NCBI GenBank assembly: GCA_030640625.1
Contig: DAOWJB010000076.1
Coordinates: 1 to 48,785 of the forward strand
Length of the DNA stretch: 48,785 nt
DNA from: Bacteroides sp.
Lineage (GTDB): Bacteria > Bacteroidota > Bacteroidia > Bacteroidales > SM23-62
Direction: 5' to 3'
In this document: one piece after another, positions 9,194 through 19,106 of the stretch
Position numbering within the stretch: position 1 is the first letter of the stretch
How the letters are laid out: each line of letters begins with the position of its first letter
Notes under the pieces: generated by a model
Told to the model about the DNA's origin: nothing
The model's input: the letters and a program-made list of their open reading frames with translations, nothing else
The model's database searches: none
Made by a program: the position numbers and the translations under genes

Positions 9194-10978
9194 ATGAAAA
9201 AATTACAGCCTCTTGTTCTCCTCCTGCTCCTGATACCCGCTCAGATTTACTCACAGGAATACCAGGAAATTCTCAGAAACATATTTTTCGATGCTGAGTA
9301 TTATTTAATGGAGGAATCATACCCCGATGCCCTTGTTGAATATCAGAAATTGTATACCCGGGGTTACGAGGATAATGCAAACATCAATTACAGAATGGGG
9401 GTATGCTACCTGAATGTGCCCGGAGAAAAAAGCAAGGCCATCCCCTACCTGATGAAGGCCGCACAGAACACTACCACCCGTTACAAGGAAGGGATTTTCA
9501 CCGAATCCAAAGCGGCCATTGATGTTTTTCTGTACCTGGGAAATGCTTACCGGATTTCCAATGAACTGGACAGGGCGATTAATGCCTACAACAAATACAA
9601 GGAATTAATCGATAACAAGGAGTCAGAAATGGTTATTTACGCCGATCAGCAGATCACAGCCTGCAACAATGCCAGGAATGCCATGGATAATCCTGTTTAT
9701 TTCATCAGAACACATACGGGTGAAGCGGTCAATGGCAGAACATCTGATTACAATCCGCTGGTTTCAGCGGATGAACAAATGATGATTTATATGACATCCC
9801 TTAAATTTTATGACGCTATTAATATGACCAGGATGGAAGACGGTAAATGGTCTTCGCCTGTAAACATTACCCCCCAGATCCAGTCCGACGGAGATCAGCA
9901 TGTTAACAGTCTGAGCCTGGACGGTAAAGAGTTGTATTTGAATCTGGAGGACAATTTCAATAGTGACATATATTACAGTAAATTTGAGAACGATCAATGG
10001 ACCAAGTCTGAACCACTTGGCAAACAAATCAATACAAAATTCTGGGAATCACATGCCTGTATATCCCCGGATGGAAAAGAACTCCTGCTGACCAGCAACC
10101 GGAAAGGCAGTTATGGTGGCATGGATATTTATGTTAGTCAGAAAGGAGATGACGGAGAATGGCTGGCACCGGTTAACCTGGGAGATACCATCAATACAGA
10201 ACTGAATGAAGACAACCCATTTTTGTCAGAGGATGGAAAACGCCTGTATTTTTCTTCACAGGGACATTACAATATCGGAGGTTACGATGTATTTTATGCT
10301 GATAAGCAGGTTGATGGAAGCTGGGGCGAGCCCAAAAACCTGGGATATCCCCTGAATACTACTGATGATGACCTGTTTTATATGCCCCTTGGTAATGGGA
10401 AATTGGCATACATGGCAATATTTGATGATGAAAACATCGGCTCCAGGGATATTTACCGCTTCGAACTATTTGATACAGAAGAAGAATATCTTGCTGCCAT
10501 TACTCCTCCGGAACCCATTATACCTGTTGAGGAAGTTCCAGAGGAAGAGCCTGTTGAGGAGCTTAGGATCTATACCCTTCGTCCTGTATATTTTGGCTTT
10601 GATAAATACAGTGTCGCTGACGAGACAAGGTCAACACTCAATGAAATAATCATGGCTATGGGAGCCATTCCCGAGCTTAAAATTGAAGCCATCGGGCACA
10701 CTGATAGCAAAGGATCAGATACCTATAATATGGGGCTGTCAAGAAGACGGGCGGAAAGTATCGTAGAATTCCTTATACAGAACGGGATTGATACAGGAAG
10801 GATCACATCAAGCGGAAAAGGTGAGACCGATCCGGTAGCGAGGAATACAGATCCCAATGGGTCAGACAGCCCTGGAGGCCGGAAATTGAACCGGAGGGTG
10901 GAATTCCGGGTAATTACACCTGATATCCCGAATATAGTGGTAGAAGAGATAAAAGTCCCAGCCGGACTGCATAAATAG
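9194..10978 (+). CDS. TPR + PD40 + OmpA-like peptidoglycan-binding protein (PorE-like)
   Basis: Signal peptide, TPR, PD40 repeats, Pro/Glu linker PPEPIIPVEEVPEEEP, OmpA_C motifs VYFGFDK, GHTDSKGS.YN..LS..RA and NRRVEF. Confidence 0.9.
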   Translation: MKKLQPLVLLLLLIPAQIYSQEYQEILRNIFFDAEYYLMEESYPDALVEYQKLYTRGYEDNANINYRMGVCYLNVPGEKSKAIPYLMKAAQNTTTRYKEGIFTESKAAIDVFLYLGNAYRISNELDRAINAYNKYKELIDNKESEMVIYADQQITACNNARNAMDNPVYFIRTHTGEAVNGRTSDYNPLVSADEQMMIYMTSLKFYDAINMTRMEDGKWSSPVNITPQIQSDGDQHVNSLSLDGKELYLNLEDNFNSDIYYSKFENDQWTKSEPLGKQINTKFWESHACISPDGKELLLTSNRKGSYGGMDIYVSQKGDDGEWLAPVNLGDTINTELNEDNPFLSEDGKRLYFSSQGHYNIGGYDVFYADKQVDGSWGEPKNLGYPLNTTDDDLFYMPLGNGKLAYMAIFDDENIGSRDIYRFELFDTEEEYLAAITPPEPIIPVEEVPEEEPVEELRIYTLRPVYFGFDKYSVADETRSTLNEIIMAMGAIPELKIEAIGHTDSKGSDTYNMGLSRRRAESIVEFLIQNGIDTGRITSSGKGETDPVARNTDPNGSDSPGGRKLNRRVEFRVITPDIPNIVVEEIKVPAGLHK

Positions 10979-11018
10979 CCTCCCGGCAACCTTTTCTCCT
11001 TTTTTAATGTCCATTTAT

Positions 11019-11062
11019 ATACGGCTGACCCGGAATTAATCCGTGGCAGTGTATTTTTTTTT
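11019..11062 (+). terminator. Possible intrinsic terminator after the OmpA-domain paralog
   Basis: Imperfect stem ATAC-GCTG-CC-CGGA/TCCG-GG-CAGT-GTAT followed by a T run. Confidence 0.35.
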
Positions 11063-11092
11063 ATATTTATAGAGGACAAAAATCCACGCAGA

Positions 11093-12547
11093 ATGAAAGG
11101 TTACTCCCGAAATCTGGTCATTTTGATAATCCTTCTCCTGTCAAATCCTTTGATTTTTGCACAGGAAATCACCAACCCCAAGGAACTGTTTTCCGAAGGA
11201 GAGTATTTTTTCCTGTCTGAAGAGTATGAAGAGGCATTGTATTATTACCTGCAACTTTTAGAGATCTATCCGGATCATGCCAATTTCAATTTCAAGGCAG
11301 GTTGGACCTATATGCAAATACCGGGTCAGGAATTCATGGCCATACCATACCTCGAAAAAGCCATAACAAAAACCAGTATCAAGTACAAAAAAAGGTCATT
11401 CAAGGAGAAGAATGCCCCTCATCATGCATATTTCCGTCTTGGCAACGCTTACAGAATTAATAATGAACTGGAGAAGGCCCTGGACACCTACCAGGTGTTC
11501 GTGGATTCGAAGGAATTTGAAGGCAACTATAACCTGAATATTGTGGAAACCGAGATCGCCGCCTGTAACAGGGCCAAGATCATTCAGGACGATCCGGTAA
11601 ATGTCAAATTCACGAAACTGGCGAGTCCCGTGAACAGCTCTTCGGATAATACCAATGCCATTTTTTCAGGAGATGGTAACACGATGGTCTTTGTTACAGA
11701 ACTGAAGTTTTACGATGCCATCCAACAATCAAAAAAAATAAACGGGGAATGGACTATCCCTGAAGTGCTGAATCCCCAGGTTGGCTCTGACGGGGATTTC
11801 TATCCCACCTCTCTTTCCTATGATGGCAAGGAATTATTTATGGTCAAGCGCATGGAAGAGAATGCGGATATTTATGTCAGTACCCTGGGAGAAGATTTAT
11901 GGTCCAAAGCCACCCCCCTGAACAGTTTCATCAACACCCGGGCACATGAAACCCATGCCAGTATCTCTGCTGATGGGAATACCCTGTACTTTACCAGTGC
12001 CAGAAGAGGTGGTATTGGCGGCATTGACATTTACCGGTCCCAAAGACAGTCCACCGGCGATTGGGAAGAGGCTGTAAACCTTGGACCAGGGATCAATACT
12101 GCGGAAGATGAGGAGACTCCTTTCATGACAGTGGATGGGAAACGGCTGATCTTTTGCTCCAAAGGTCACTTCAACATGGGTGGATACGACATCTTTTATA
12201 GTGACCTGGAAGCAAATGGCAAGTGGGCGAATCCAGTCAATATTGGATATCCCATCAATACCACTGGAGATGATCTGTTTTTCCATCCCATTGGCAAAGG
12301 GTTCCAGGGATATATGTCAAAAGTTGACAGGGATGGTCCCCTGACTTTTGATATTTACAGGGTGGAGATCCTGGACAAGGAAGCCGACCACCCTGGATTT
12401 GAGCTGCCCGTGTTTAACAGGGATTTCATGATTAAGCTTATCCAGCCAGAGACAGGAGATACAATTATCCTGCATTACAATAAGGAAAAGGATGTAATGA
12501 AGGCCAGTGATCCTGCTTACAGGATCATTATTGATGATAAGAAATAG
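11093..12547 (+). CDS. TPR + PD40 protein, third paralog, without OmpA domain
   Basis: Shares LGNAYRINNEL, KFYDAI, NMGGYDIF and GYPINT motifs with the two upstream paralogs; signal peptide ending AQ. Confidence 0.85.
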   Translation: MKGYSRNLVILIILLLSNPLIFAQEITNPKELFSEGEYFFLSEEYEEALYYYLQLLEIYPDHANFNFKAGWTYMQIPGQEFMAIPYLEKAITKTSIKYKKRSFKEKNAPHHAYFRLGNAYRINNELEKALDTYQVFVDSKEFEGNYNLNIVETEIAACNRAKIIQDDPVNVKFTKLASPVNSSSDNTNAIFSGDGNTMVFVTELKFYDAIQQSKKINGEWTIPEVLNPQVGSDGDFYPTSLSYDGKELFMVKRMEENADIYVSTLGEDLWSKATPLNSFINTRAHETHASISADGNTLYFTSARRGGIGGIDIYRSQRQSTGDWEEAVNLGPGINTAEDEETPFMTVDGKRLIFCSKGHFNMGGYDIFYSDLEANGKWANPVNIGYPINTTGDDLFFHPIGKGFQGYMSKVDRDGPLTFDIYRVEILDKEADHPGFELPVFNRDFMIKLIQPETGDTIILHYNKEKDVMKASDPAYRIIIDDKK

Positions 12548-12563
12548 TCATCCTCTAGAACAT

Positions 12564-13106
12564 ATGGATCCCCTAACCGGAAAAAATATTAGGCTCAGGG
12601 CCATTGAACCTGCCGACCTGGACATTATTTATGAATGGGAAAACGATCCTGGGAACTGGCTGATCAGCAATACCATCACTCCCTTCTCAAAGCAGGTGCT
12701 CAGGAAATATATTGAGAATGCCCACATAGACATCCATGAAGCCAGGCAACTCAGGCTGATGATCGACCTGATCGATAGCTCCGGTAGCATGAAGGAGATA
12801 ATCGGAACAGTGGATCTGTTTGATTTTGACCCGGTCCATCATCGGGCTGGTATCGGCATTCTGATAGCAAATCAGGAAAACAGGATGAAAGGATATGCTT
12901 CTGAATCACTTGCCGTTCTTATCCAATATGCCTTTGAAACCCTGCAGCTACACCAGCTCTACTGCAATATTTCCTGGGACAATCAAGCCAGCCTGAACTT
13001 ATTCAGAAAAATCGGATTCATCGAAATTGGTGTCAAAAAAGATTGGCTTCGCGAAAACAACTGGTGGCAGGACGTTTATCTCTTCCAGCTGATCCGTCCG
13101 GATTGA
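12564..13106 (+). CDS. GNAT N-acetyltransferase (RimJ/RimL/SpeG-like)
   Basis: IRLRAIEPADL, RAGIGILI, R.KGYA, N.ASL.LF.K.GF. Start at ATG 12564. Confidence 0.88.
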   Translation: MDPLTGKNIRLRAIEPADLDIIYEWENDPGNWLISNTITPFSKQVLRKYIENAHIDIHEARQLRLMIDLIDSSGSMKEIIGTVDLFDFDPVHHRAGIGILIANQENRMKGYASESLAVLIQYAFETLQLHQLYCNISWDNQASLNLFRKIGFIEIGVKKDWLRENNWWQDVYLFQLIRPD

Positions 13107-13108
13107 CA

Positions 13109-13561
13109 TCACAACACATCTTTCCAATCAGGGATGAAATCCGTAAACTGGTATTTATCCTCATTATCAACATACCGGCAACAATAATGCTTGATCCCGT
13201 TGGTAACGAGCAGCCAGGGAACATGATGGGTCAGGTTGTAAAGACCTATCTGGTCAAATACCTTCTCGTTGATAGGAACAGCAGGAGCTTTGCACTCAAC
13301 AAGCAGCACCGGATCCCCCAGTTTATTATACACCAGAATGTCACTGCGCTTCTTCATCTTATTGAAACTGAATTGTTGTTCAACAGTGATCAATGATGCA
13401 GGGAATCCTTTGTCCTGTACCAGGTATTGAATGAAGTTTTGCCTGACCCATTCCTCCGGAGTCAGAACGATGTACTTTTTCCGGATAGCATCGAAAATAT
13501 AATTTCTCCCGGCCTCTGATTTTATAGTAAAGGAATAAGTTGGTAAATTTAAAGATTCCAT
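13109..13561 (-). CDS. Stand-alone type I restriction HsdR N-terminal-domain protein (PD-(D/E)xK fold)
   Basis: LTPEEWVRQ, RSDIL, LVECKAP, Q...YN, VTNG. Confidence 0.88.
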   Translation of the reverse strand: MESLNLPTYSFTIKSEAGRNYIFDAIRKKYIVLTPEEWVRQNFIQYLVQDKGFPASLITVEQQFSFNKMKKRSDILVYNKLGDPVLLVECKAPAVPINEKVFDQIGLYNLTHHVPWLLVTNGIKHYCCRYVDNEDKYQFTDFIPDWKDVL

Positions 13562-13583
13562 TAAAGCCCATTAAGGTCTGGAA

Positions 13584-13591
13584 CAAAAATA
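13584..13591 (-). promoter_or_regulatory. -7 box for the HsdR-N gene
   Basis: TATTTTTG on the minus strand, 22 nt before the ATG. Confidence 0.45.
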
Positions 13592-13617
13592 ATAATAAGT
13601 GACAGAAGGAGAATGCC

Positions 13618-14388
13618 ATGAAGACGAAAAAGGATATTGTTGAGAACTGGCTGACCCGTTACACGGGGCAGCAATTGAATGATTTCGGAGCATATATACT
13701 GCTTACCAACTTCGATAATTATCTTGAACTTTTCTGCGAAATAAACGGGACAACCCTCATTGATCCTGCAAAACCAATGCCCTGCGCTACACATGATGGC
13801 ATAACCATCATCAATTTTGGCATGGGAAGCGCAAATGCTGCTACCATCATGGACCTGCTCTCAGCCATTCACCCCAAAGCTGTATTATTCCTGGGTAAAT
13901 GTGGTGGACTTAAGAAGAAAAACAAACTTGGCGATTTGATCCTTCCCATTGCAGCCATCCGGAATGAGGGCACATCGAATGATTATCTTCCTCCGGAAGT
14001 ACCGGCGCTGCCCGCATTCAGCCTGCAACGGGCCGTATCCTCTACCATCCGCAGGCATGAAAAGGATTACTGGACGGGGACCGTTTTCACTACCAACCGC
14101 CGGGTATGGGAACACGATGATCATTTCAAGGATTACCTGGCAAAAACCCGGTCCATGGCCATCGATATGGAAACAGCCACCATTTTTACGGTTGGTTTTG
14201 CCAACGAGATCCCGACGGGAGCCCTGCTTCTTGTCTCAGACCAGCCGATGATATCCGCCGGCATAAAGACCATAGAAAGCGACAAAACAGTCACCAACAA
14301 ATATGTCGATGATCATCTGATGATTGGCATTGATTCACTGAATGAATTAAAGGAGGAAGGATTCTCCGTCAAACATCTCCGTTTTTAA
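13618..14388 (+). CDS. amn: AMP nucleosidase (short Bacteroidota type)
   Basis: KKDIVENWL.RYTG, YILLTNF, FGMGSANAAT, GKCGGL, AIDMETAT. Confidence 0.9.
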   Translation: MKTKKDIVENWLTRYTGQQLNDFGAYILLTNFDNYLELFCEINGTTLIDPAKPMPCATHDGITIINFGMGSANAATIMDLLSAIHPKAVLFLGKCGGLKKKNKLGDLILPIAAIRNEGTSNDYLPPEVPALPAFSLQRAVSSTIRRHEKDYWTGTVFTTNRRVWEHDDHFKDYLAKTRSMAIDMETATIFTVGFANEIPTGALLLVSDQPMISAGIKTIESDKTVTNKYVDDHLMIGIDSLNELKEEGFSVKHLRF

Positions 14389-14398
14389 TACCAGGCTT

Positions 14399-15400
14399 AT
14401 GACTTTTGAGGAAATCCTGAAAGAACTTAAAGAAAAAAAATATCGACCCATCTATTTTCTGATGGGTGAAGAACCCTACTTCATTGACAGGATTACTGAA
14501 ACCATCGCCGAAAATGTCCTGAGTGAAGAAGAGAAAACCTTCAACCAGATGGTATTGTACGGAAAGGACACCGACATCCCAAATATTATTAATACTGCCA
14601 AACGGTTTCCCATGATGGCCAGCCACCAGGTAGTGATCGTCAGGGAAGCACAGCACCTGGACAAAATTGAGGACCTGATCTACTATGTTGAAAGTCCCCT
14701 GGAATCCACCCTGCTTGTGATCAATTACAAGTATAAAAAACTGGATAAACGTAAAAAACTTTATAAATCCCTCGAAAAAAGCAGTATCCTGTTCGAGTCA
14801 AAAAGATTATATGATGATAAGATCCCACCCTGGATATACAGTTATCTTCGTTACAGGAGAAAAAAAATCGAACCCAAGGCAGCCATGATATTAATTGAAT
14901 ACCTGGGAAATGACCTTGGTAAGATTGCCAATGAACTGGAAAAACTGATCATAATCCTCAAGGCAGAACAGGATATCATCACTGCCTCAGACATTGAACG
15001 GAATATCGGGATCAGCAAGGATTACAATAATTTCGAATTGAATAATGCCCTGGCACAACGCAATGTATTAAAGGCCAACAGGATAGTCCGGTACTTTCAA
15101 GGCAATCAAAAAAACCACCCCGTGACCCTGACCATAACTTCTATTTATTTCTTTTTCAGTAAAGTCTTGAATTACCATTTCATCCCGGATAAATCCATGC
15201 GTAATGTCGCATCGATTTTAAGGATCGACCCATTTTTCGTAAGGGATTATGAAACAGCCGCAAAGAATTACAACACGGCCAAAACTGTTCAGGTAATATC
15301 CCTGTTGCGGGAATATGACCTTAAAACCAAAGGTTTCGGCAATGTATCTTCTGCGCCTGGTGAATTATTAAAGGAATTGATTTACAAAATAATGCATTAG
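14399..15400 (+). CDS. holA: DNA polymerase III delta subunit
   Basis: PIYFLMGEEPYFID, YGKD, AKRFPMM, ELEKL, IGISKDYNNFEL. Confidence 0.95.
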   Translation: MTFEEILKELKEKKYRPIYFLMGEEPYFIDRITETIAENVLSEEEKTFNQMVLYGKDTDIPNIINTAKRFPMMASHQVVIVREAQHLDKIEDLIYYVESPLESTLLVINYKYKKLDKRKKLYKSLEKSSILFESKRLYDDKIPPWIYSYLRYRRKKIEPKAAMILIEYLGNDLGKIANELEKLIIILKAEQDIITASDIERNIGISKDYNNFELNNALAQRNVLKANRIVRYFQGNQKNHPVTLTITSIYFFFSKVLNYHFIPDKSMRNVASILRIDPFFVRDYETAAKNYNTAKTVQVISLLREYDLKTKGFGNVSSAPGELLKELIYKIMH

Positions 15401-15401
15401 T

Positions 15402-16019
15402 ATGACCATCATTATTATAATCGTAACACTGATCATCACCGTCGTGGCCTTCTACAGCGAAGAATTCATGTCGAAAATGATGCTGAATCCTTATCAGGTA
15501 TACCATAAAAGAGAGTGGTACCGCATGATCACTTCTGGCTTCCTCCATGCAGACTGGACACATCTGATCATCAATATGATCGTTCTGTATTCCTTTGGTT
15601 CCAATGTCGAGTCCTGGTTCAGGGAACTGAAGATGGCAGGTTATATTAACAGTGTCACAATCACCTACAGCCTTTTGTATTTTGGTGGCATTATTGTTTC
15701 TTCCATGATCACCCTGTTCCGGCACAGGAATAACCGGTGGTACAATTCTGTAGGTGCATCAGGGGCCGTATCAGCCATCATCTTTACAAGCATTTTTTTT
15801 AATCCACTCGATAGGCTTTATTTCTTTGCAGTCATACCCATTCCAGGTATCGTCTTCGCTGTGCTCTACCTGGTATACAGCAGTTATATGAGCAGGCGCA
15901 ACAAGGACAATATCAATCACGATGCGCATTTCCTGGGTGCGGTTTACGGATTTGCCTTCCCCTTGTTAATTGACTTTGACCTGCTTTCTCATTTTTTGCA
16001 GGGACTATCGATATTTTAA
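15402..16019 (+). CDS. Rhomboid intramembrane serine protease
   Basis: WYRM, FLHADWTHLIINM, catalytic GASG and HDAHFLGA. Confidence 0.92.
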   Translation: MTIIIIIVTLIITVVAFYSEEFMSKMMLNPYQVYHKREWYRMITSGFLHADWTHLIINMIVLYSFGSNVESWFRELKMAGYINSVTITYSLLYFGGIIVSSMITLFRHRNNRWYNSVGASGAVSAIIFTSIFFNPLDRLYFFAVIPIPGIVFAVLYLVYSSYMSRRNKDNINHDAHFLGAVYGFAFPLLIDFDLLSHFLQGLSIF

Positions 16020-16028
16020 CGGACCAGC

Positions 16029-16874
16029 ATGCATGATGGAGGAGGATATTGTTGGCTGAATGGCCATTTCTACAGGGAAAATGAAACCCCTGTTGATGCC
16101 AGGCTGTTCAAAACGGGGATTATTGTCAGGGAGGAGATCCGGACCAGGGGTACCCGGATCGCTTTTTATCCTGAACATTATGAGCACCTGCAGTCACGAT
16201 TAAGCATTTTCAAGATTTCCCTGCCGGATATCCTGACAGCGGAAGAAATGCACCAGGAAGCAGTGCGCCTGATCAATAAGAACCGGTACTTCGGTGGAAA
16301 TTGCCTGCGTATATCCTTGATTCATGATCCAGGACCTCCTGCAGTTGCGAACCATTGCCTGATGGAATGCATACCTCTGGACAAATCCATTTATGTACTT
16401 AACCGGAAAGGATATACACTGGGTGTGTATGATGATCTGAATATCCCGGTAAACCACTTGACAGGGAAATTTGCCCGCTCTCCACTGCTTGATTTTTTTG
16501 CCATGCGCTACCAGGCATCTAAGGGGCTGGATGATTGCATACTGCTCAATCAGCAGGGACATATTGTGGAGAGCATCTATTCAAGTATCTTTCTCATGAT
16601 CAATAATGAGATACATACACCTCCACTGAAAGACGGATCTTCCACATCGGTAATGCGGTCCCAAATGATCAGGTTATTTTCAGATACAGGGAAGCCGGTA
16701 AATGAAAAAATCTCTCTCAGGATTCTTGATATTGAAAAAGCTGAGGAGATCATGCTGGCAGATGCATTGGACGGGATCCGGTGGGTAGTGGCCATGGCCC
16801 GGTTCAGGTATTTCAACCATACAGGTTCCGAAATGATCGGTTTGCTGAATGAGAAAGCCTTTGGGAAAGATTAA
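16029..16874 (+). CDS. Class IV aminotransferase / aminodeoxychorismate-lyase-like protein with degenerate motifs
   Basis: DDCILLN..G.IVE...SSIF...TPPL..G...VMR and AEEIML match the fold, but several PLP-site motifs are altered. Confidence 0.75.
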   Translation: MHDGGGYCWLNGHFYRENETPVDARLFKTGIIVREEIRTRGTRIAFYPEHYEHLQSRLSIFKISLPDILTAEEMHQEAVRLINKNRYFGGNCLRISLIHDPGPPAVANHCLMECIPLDKSIYVLNRKGYTLGVYDDLNIPVNHLTGKFARSPLLDFFAMRYQASKGLDDCILLNQQGHIVESIYSSIFLMINNEIHTPPLKDGSSTSVMRSQMIRLFSDTGKPVNEKISLRILDIEKAEEIMLADALDGIRWVVAMARFRYFNHTGSEMIGLLNEKAFGKD

Positions 16875-17458
16875 TTAAGTCCTGGATTCTCAGGAAAATT
16901 AATCCATGTCTTGTATTTATCTCCGGACTTTTTCAAGATATCCTTCCAGAGATTATGGTCAGGTCCCTTCATGATCCGTTCAGCTTTCATTTCAGACACC
17001 AGCCAGGCATTTTCCGATAATTCATTATCCAGTTGGTTCGGGGACCAGCCCGCATAACCGAGAAAAAACCTGATTTCATGTTCTTTGATCTTACCTGAAG
17101 TGATCATCTCTTTCACGTCCTCAAAATCTCCACCCCAGTATAGGTTATCAATTACCTGGACTGCATTGGGAATTTTGTCACCAAGTGTATGAATATAATG
17201 GATCGTGTTGGTATTTACGGGTCCGCCGATGGATATCTCGGCCTCAATTTCAGGGAAATCCGACAGCACATCATTGACCGCCAAATCAACAGGTTTATTC
17301 AATACAAAGCCAACGGAGCCCTCCTTCGAGTGTTCAGTAAGCAGCACGACTGAGCGACGGAAATAGGTATCGTTCAAAAACGGTTCGGAAATAAGAATCC
17401 TCCCCTGTTTGGCAACCTTGTTGTTTTCTATGTTAAAAAAATCAATATCCAGTTCCAT
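16871..17458 (-). CDS. YqgE/AlgH (DUF179) family protein
   Basis: F.RSVVLL.EH...GSVGFVLNKP, GGPV, RFFLGYAGWSPNQL..EL...W. Confidence 0.93.
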   Translation of the reverse strand: MELDIDFFNIENNKVAKQGRILISEPFLNDTYFRRSVVLLTEHSKEGSVGFVLNKPVDLAVNDVLSDFPEIEAEISIGGPVNTNTIHYIHTLGDKIPNAVQVIDNLYWGGDFEDVKEMITSGKIKEHEIRFFLGYAGWSPNQLDNELSENAWLVSEMKAERIMKGPDHNLWKDILKKSGDKYKTWINFPENPGLN

Positions 17459-17498
17459 CTATGCTGAATATTTGCCTGCAATATATCCAAATATTTTA

Positions 17499-17506
17499 CA
17501 AATATA
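17499..17506 (-). promoter_or_regulatory. -7 box for the YqgE/AlgH gene
   Basis: TATATTTG on the minus strand, 40 nt before the ATG. Confidence 0.45.
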
Positions 17507-17618
17507 ATACACCCGGGACAGGTTTTATTATAATTCATACGAAATTTATAGTTAAACGTTCATCTCCCTTCCATTAAATTCTTTTACTATCTTTCCAATT
17601 TGATTTCCACTTAAATTG

Positions 17619-19106
17619 ATGGATGTAGTAAAAAAGAAGCCCACCCTGCTACAGGCTTTAATCCCGATAGTCTGCCTGATATTCCTGCTATCATTAAATG
17701 TTTTCATTTATGGAGAAGATACTTTGTCAGGTGCCAACCAGATTGCCCTGTTGCTTGCTGCGTCTATAGCTGGAATAATTGCCATACGCTTGAAACTGAC
17801 CTGGTCGGCGGTAAGTTCCCAGATCGTGTCAAGCATCAGCACAGCCATGCCATCCATCCTCATTCTTTTGCTGATTGGTTCCCTGGCCGGAACCTGGATG
17901 ATAAGCGGGGTTGTACCCGCCATGATATATTACGGTCTGAAGATTATTCACCCCAGCATTTTCCTGTTTGCAGCAGTGATTACATGCAGCATCGTTTCGC
18001 TGGCTACCGGAAGTGCCTGGTCAACGATTGCCACCGTTGGTATCGCCCTGCTTGGTATTGGACAGGCCCTGGGGATGCCTGTTGGACTGGTGGCCGGGGC
18101 CATTATTTCCGGGGCCTATTTCGGCGATAAGATGTCCCCTCTCTCAGATACCACCAATCTCGCCCCGGCCATGGCCGGCACAGATCTGTTCACGCATATC
18201 AGGTACATGATGATCACAACGGTCCCAAGTATGACCCTTACCCTGATCATATTCCTGGTGATCGGATTTGCAGGTAACTTTGAAAATGACGGAGCCAATG
18301 TTGAGGCCGTACTTGAACAGGTCCAGCTTAACTTCTATGTTTCCCCGGTGCTGCTGATCGTGCCGGTACTGCTGATCCTGGTTATTATAAAAAAAATGCC
18401 ACCCCTGCCTGCCATCCTTTTTGGCGTGCTCCTGGGGGGCTTGTTTGCCGTTATTTTCCAGCCTGATATCATCCGGACCATAGCAGGCGGATCATATGGC
18501 TATGGCATGAGTGCCTATATTTCTGTGATGCAGTCCATGTTCGGTGATGTCAGCATCACAACGCAGAATGAACTTGTAAACGAACTGTTAAGCACCACGG
18601 GTATGGCAGGCATGCTGGATACCATATGGCTGATCCTTGCTGCCATGGTATTTGGTGGCGTGATGGAATCTGCGGGACTGCTGATGAGGATATCGGAAGC
18701 CATCATTAAGTGGTCCCATTCAACAGGATCACTGGTCGCTTCTACCGTGGTAACCAGTATTTTCTTTAACATCACCGCCTCCGACCAGTATATCGCCATA
18801 GTTGTACCCGGACGAATGTATGCAAAAACGTACCGTGAACGGGGATATAAACCGGAACTGCTGAGCCGTACGCTGGAGGACGGCGGAACGGTGACCTCGG
18901 TCCTGATCCCATGGAATACATGTGGTGCCACCCAGTCCAGGGTACTGGGGGTATCAACATTTACTTACCTCCCATACTGCTTTTTTAATATTATCAGTCC
19001 ATTCATGACCATCCTTGTTGCCATGCTGAATTACCGGATCAGGCGAGTAGGCAAGGATGAACAACCCGACCAAAGCCTGGAAGAGAATGACAGGAAAGAC
19101 CAGTGA
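17619..19106 (+). CDS. nhaC: NhaC-family Na+/H+ antiporter or transporter
   Basis: GSAWST.AT.G, ISGAYFGDKMSPLSDTTNLA, LSRTLED.GT, PWNTCG; many TM helices. Confidence 0.9.
   Translation: MDVVKKKPTLLQALIPIVCLIFLLSLNVFIYGEDTLSGANQIALLLAASIAGIIAIRLKLTWSAVSSQIVSSISTAMPSILILLLIGSLAGTWMISGVVPAMIYYGLKIIHPSIFLFAAVITCSIVSLATGSAWSTIATVGIALLGIGQALGMPVGLVAGAIISGAYFGDKMSPLSDTTNLAPAMAGTDLFTHIRYMMITTVPSMTLTLIIFLVIGFAGNFENDGANVEAVLEQVQLNFYVSPVLLIVPVLLILVIIKKMPPLPAILFGVLLGGLFAVIFQPDIIRTIAGGSYGYGMSAYISVMQSMFGDVSITTQNELVNELLSTTGMAGMLDTIWLILAAMVFGGVMESAGLLMRISEAIIKWSHSTGSLVASTVVTSIFFNITASDQYIAIVVPGRMYAKTYRERGYKPELLSRTLEDGGTVTSVLIPWNTCGATQSRVLGVSTFTYLPYCFFNIISPFMTILVAMLNYRIRRVGKDEQPDQSLEENDRKDQ

Noticed and set aside
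5925-12547. Gene symbol porE, or repeats as a CRISPR/DNA tandem array
   Set aside because: No lipobox, and two copies lack OmpA, so orthology to PorE is not shown. The repeats are degenerate protein-level repeats with no repeat-spacer structure.
13109-13561. Type I restriction-modification or defence island
   Set aside because: Only a 150-aa domain is present, with no helicase, methylase or specificity genes, and the neighbours are housekeeping genes.
15402-16019. Rhomboid acting as a rhombosortase for the TM-RRKKK tail at 8922-8996
   Set aside because: The tail lacks the Gly/Ser-rich motif before the TM helix, and the rhomboid is 6 kb away and coupled to holA.
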